Source: an uncultured delta proteobacterium
Lineage (GTDB): Bacteria; Myxococcota_A; Polyangia; Polyangiales; Polyangiaceae
Assembly (NCBI GenBank): GCA_963806225.1
Contig: CAWDXG010000004.1
Span: 2,368,001-2,432,000, forward strand
DNA length: 64,000 bases
Reading direction: 5' to 3'
In this document: positions 60,925 through 64,000 of the stretch, one piece after another
Layout: each line of letters begins with the position of its first letter
Position numbering within the stretch: the first letter of the stretch is position 1
Notes under the pieces: generated by a model
The model's input: only the letters and a program-made list of their open reading frames with translations
What the model was told of the DNA's origin: nothing
The model's database searches: none
Position numbers and translations under genes: made by a program

Positions 60925-60958
60925 CAAACCGTGCGTGCGGATTTCCCGCACACGGCTT
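60925..60958 (-). ncRNA. Group II intron catalytic domain V
   Basis: Minus strand AAGCCGTGTGCGGGAAATCCGCACGCACGGTTTG: AGC triad, GAAA loop, bulged hairpin. Confidence 0.92.
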
Positions 60959-60983
60959 ACCGGTGGTCTGTCGGCGTGCAGCA

Positions 60984-61775
60984 TTACGCGGCCTCCTGAT
61001 TCCAGAAGGGCTGCTCCGGGTAGCGGACGGTGCCGCGCAGGCGGTAGAGGCCGAGGTTCTCGAAGTACTCGCGCGTCCAGCCTTCCGCCTCGCCAGCACG
61101 CAGGTGCCGCCCCTTGCGCTTGACGCGCAAGGCGCGGATCCGGCCCACGACGTTGCGGTCGAGCTGGTTGAAGCGCGTCGCGGCATTTCCCGTGCGGAAG
61201 TAGTTGCCCCAGCCCCGCAAGACGGGGTTCAGGTCGGCAATGACATCGCGGATATCCGCGTGGCACCGTGACCTCGGAGTCAGCTGCTTCACGCGCTGCC
61301 GGATACGCTGGATCGCGCGCCGGCTCGGCCCGCGCTGGAGGAAGTAGAGGCGCTGCCCCTTCTTTTCCAGCAGTCGACCGCTCAAGCGCTTGTGCATGTG
61401 GCAGCCGAGGAAGTCGAAACCCTGCTTGCCATCGTAGAGCTCGACCCGCCTCGTCTTTTCCGGGTGCAGCTCGAGACCGAGACGCTTCAAGATGACCTTG
61501 ATACGCGCTTCGGCCAGCTCGAAATCCTTCCTGGTGCGGCACACCACCACGAAGTCGTCCGCGTAGCGCACCAGCGTCCCGAGTGGGGCGCTGTGGCGTG
61601 TCCACATGACGTTGAGCACGTGCAGGTAGATATTCGACAGCAAGGGCGAGATGACCCCGCCCTGCGGTGTGCCCGCTGTCGTCTGCGAGACGACGCCGTC
61701 CTCCATCACGCCTGCTTCGACCCACTGCCTCAGCAGCTTGAGCACCCTCCGGTCCGAGATGCGCCGAGCGACCAT
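60984..61775 (-). pseudogene. ltrA: 5'-truncated group II intron reverse transcriptase/maturase
   Basis: GTPQGGVISPLLSNIYL, RYADDF, LHPEKT, FDFLG, LNPVLRGWGNYF; RT0-RT3 missing; no endonuclease domain. Confidence 0.9.
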
Positions 61776-62028
61776 CGAGGCTGCAGGCTTCACTTCATGT
61801 TGCGGCCCGCGTGCTTGCTCCCCTCCAGACGGCACAGGCCGTCTGGAGGGCTTTCGACGCCCCGCTCGGGCACGAAGGTCTCCCTCCGACACCTGGGGCC
61901 TGCTACCCGGCGCACCGACGCCTACCGGGGCGGGACTTGCACCCGCTGGAGAAGCGCAGCGAGCGGCAGGCGCACTTCCCCCCGAAGGGTTCCGAACGTC
62001 CGTCGCGTCACGACGCACCATGCGAAAG

Positions 62029-62037
62029 ATTCTAGCA
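62029..62037 (-). promoter_or_regulatory. Candidate extended -10 promoter (leaderless transcript)
   Basis: Minus strand TGCTAGAAT, 7 nt before the ATG (62021-62019) that immediately precedes the intron. Confidence 0.5.
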
Positions 62038-62113
62038 CTGTTCCGGGGATTTGGGCTCCACAGGGCACAACCATGGGTTGACGCCGAGCACCCCTGTCGA
62101 AAACGATGAAACG

Positions 62114-62857
62114 ATGCGATCGAAAGTCCTTCTCGTGATGGCGCTGGTGGCGGCGCTGCTGTCCTGCAAGATGGTGGATGCGGTGAAGAAGCGCGTGATG
62201 GGGGCCACGGCCTCGTCCAGCGCGGCCGCGGGGTCCGCAACGCCGCCTCCCGCGGCGGTGGCCTCGGCTGCCCCGTCCGACGGCAAGGTGGTGCCTGCCC
62301 CGACCCACTGGAAGGCAGCGCCGCTCGCGGTCGGGCAGCACTGCAGGTACCGGATCAAGTATGCCAGCGGCAAGGTCGCGATCGTCGAATACAAGATCGT
62401 CGGCAAGAAGGACGGCGCCTACTGGATGGAGCTCGACGACACGCATCCGGCAACCCACGAAACCAGGATGTTCCAGGTTCTACTGACCATTCCAGACCGC
62501 ACCAGCGCGAAGGGCGTGGATGTGAAGGGTCTGCGCATGAAGGTCGGTGGCCGCATCCAGGAGTTCCACGGCGCGATGATGCGCGCGATCCAGAAGGGCA
62601 CGAACAAGTACCTGAGAGGGCTGGCCATACCCCAGCTCGACGGCAAGCCGCAGGAGGACAAGACGGTCGAGGCCGGCACCTTCAAGGGCTGCTACAAGTG
62701 GAACGCGAAGGAGCACCTCGCGGGCATGACCGAGGAAGGCGTGCACTGGAACCATCCGGCCGTGCCCATCCTGACGCTCGTGAAGAGCGAGCTCGCCGAC
62801 GGCGGAAGCGTCGAGCTCCTCGACTACGGCATGACCGGAGCCAAGGCGGGGTTCTAG
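62114..62857 (+). CDS. Hypothetical lipoprotein
   Basis: LLSC lipobox; VGQ...Y, V.AGTFKGC, VPI...VKS, ELLDYG.TGA. Confidence 0.75.
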   Translation: MRSKVLLVMALVAALLSCKMVDAVKKRVMGATASSSAAAGSATPPPAAVASAAPSDGKVVPAPTHWKAAPLAVGQHCRYRIKYASGKVAIVEYKIVGKKDGAYWMELDDTHPATHETRMFQVLLTIPDRTSAKGVDVKGLRMKVGGRIQEFHGAMMRAIQKGTNKYLRGLAIPQLDGKPQEDKTVEAGTFKGCYKWNAKEHLAGMTEEGVHWNHPAVPILTLVKSELADGGSVELLDYGMTGAKAGF

Positions 62858-62858
62858 G

Positions 62859-64000
62859 ATGCTGCGTCTGCGACACTGCGCGCTGCTCGCCTCCGGGCTC
62901 CTGGCCTGCGCCTCCTGTGGCGCGCCACAGACCAGAGCGGGGAGCAACCCGCCGCCACAGCCTCGGGCCCCGGCCCGCCCACCCGCCGTCACGCCCGCAA
63001 CAGCGCCGTCGCCCGCTCCGGCGCCGACGGCGTCCGCCGCCGCGCCGGCCAACGCGAGGCCCGAGTTCATCGTCCACACGCCGCCGCTCGACGCAGCGCA
63101 CGCGAAGACCACCTACGACGTCAAGTACGCGCCTGAAGCAGTGGTGCTGGACCAGGGCGCTGCTCCGGCGCTGGTGTCGAAAAAGGCGGGGGAGCTCGAC
63201 TTCGATGCAAAGAAGCTGGGCGCCGCAGCGCAGCAGATCAACCCGGGCAAGGTGCTGCTCGTGTACGGCAAGGCGCTGGCAAAGGTCGAGAGCGTGCAGC
63301 GCCAGGGCCCGGAGCTGGTCGTCAGGACGGGCCCCGCCACGCTGGCCGACGCCATAAAGGAAGGAACGGTGGCGTGGGACGTGTCGCTTCCGCTGGATCG
63401 CGCGCACGTGACCGCGGCGCTGATACAGCAAAGCGAGAACCGCGCGCTGGCGCGGCTGGACCGCAACGGCCACTTCGCCACCGATGTGCCGCGCGCGGAC
63501 GGCAACGCTTTCGCCAGCCCGGGTGCGCTCGGCAAGGGGCCTATCCAGTGGGCGTTCAAACAGGGCGCGCTGACGTACAAGTTCCGGCTCGAGCCCAAGG
63601 GCCAAGGCGTCGACATCAAGATCGAGGCCATCAAGCAGCAGGGGCCGAAGGCAACGCTCGCCTACACCGCGCACGGCACGTTCGACAACGTGCGAGGCCA
63701 GGCGCGCGCCGACTACCACGACCACAAGCTGACCGATCTCGACTACCAGGAGCCCGAGCTCGTGGGCGACATCCAGCTCTCGGTCGCAGCCGCGGGGTCG
63801 GGTCTCGGCAAGATCGACTTCCCCTTCCCGGGCGCGATGTTCGGCTACCTGGTGATGGTGGGTCCGGTGCCGGTGAAGATCAGCGTGGGCGCGAAGCTGA
63901 TCGGCTCGATCACCGTGCCGGCCAATGCGTCGGCGCGGGCGACGGCCCGCTTCAAGTTCCGGAGCAGCAGCGGGTTTTCGTACGCGGGCAACGACGTGAA
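62859..64000 (+). CDS. Hypothetical lipoprotein, runs off the window end
   Basis: ATG 1 nt after the upstream stop; MLRLRHCALLASGLLACASC signal, Pro/Ala linker, open frame to the end. Confidence 0.7.
   Translation, partial: MLRLRHCALLASGLLACASCGAPQTRAGSNPPPQPRAPARPPAVTPATAPSPAPAPTASAAAPANARPEFIVHTPPLDAAHAKTTYDVKYAPEAVVLDQGAAPALVSKKAGELDFDAKKLGAAAQQINPGKVLLVYGKALAKVESVQRQGPELVVRTGPATLADAIKEGTVAWDVSLPLDRAHVTAALIQQSENRALARLDRNGHFATDVPRADGNAFASPGALGKGPIQWAFKQGALTYKFRLEPKGQGVDIKIEAIKQQGPKATLAYTAHGTFDNVRGQARADYHDHKLTDLDYQEPELVGDIQLSVAAAGSGLGKIDFPFPGAMFGYLVMVGPVPVKISVGAKLIGSITVPANASARATARFKFRSSSGFSYAGNDV

Larger units (their letters stand above)
60862..62018 (-). mobile_element. Group II intron, internally deleted
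   Basis: 5' end GTGCG at 62018; domain I-like GGGTGCAAGTCCC; RT/maturase remnant; domain V; domain VI ending CTACCAAT(G). Confidence 0.88.

Noticed and set aside
60984..61775. RT as part of a retron, DGR or defence system
   Set aside because: It has a maturase/X domain, domain V/VI RNA and a GTGCG 5' end, so it is a group II intron; I saw no TR/VR pair or msr-msd.
61971..61975. Second GTGCG as an alternative intron 5' end
   Set aside because: Only the 62018 boundary restores the host start codon and promoter spacing.

Overview
High-GC bacterial DNA, most likely Myxococcota (inferred from the many Cys/Gly-rich lipoproteins, FG-GAP proteins, a Hanks-type Ser/Thr kinase, myxobacterial LuxR pair and sigma54-type promoters). 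The core (8.5-25.6 kb) is an energy module. An 11-gene group 1 membrane-bound [NiFe]-hydrogenase operon on the minus strand (small, large, cyt b, protease, cyt c, hypC, hypD, hypE, crotonase-fold gene, hypA, hypB; no hypF) sits back-to-back with a 9-gene A/V-type ATP synthase operon, and each has a candidate sigma54 promoter. The crotonase gene carries a HypX-like Y-x3-G-L-x-G-x-E motif but no formyltransferase domain, making it a candidate stand-alone CO-ligand-generating enzyme. Other notable items: a lipoprotein gene out of frame at a (TG)8 tract in its signal peptide; an internally deleted group II intron inserted exactly at a start codon, whose 3' end supplies a replacement RBS and ATG; a Gln/Pro-repeat / spermidine synthase / DUF350 / gamma-glutamylcyclotransferase operon; a MenA/MenT-like nucleotidyltransferase TA pair; and a decayed HNH element flanked by CCCACGTGGG palindromes. 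All family assignments come from motif recognition by eye, not database searches.
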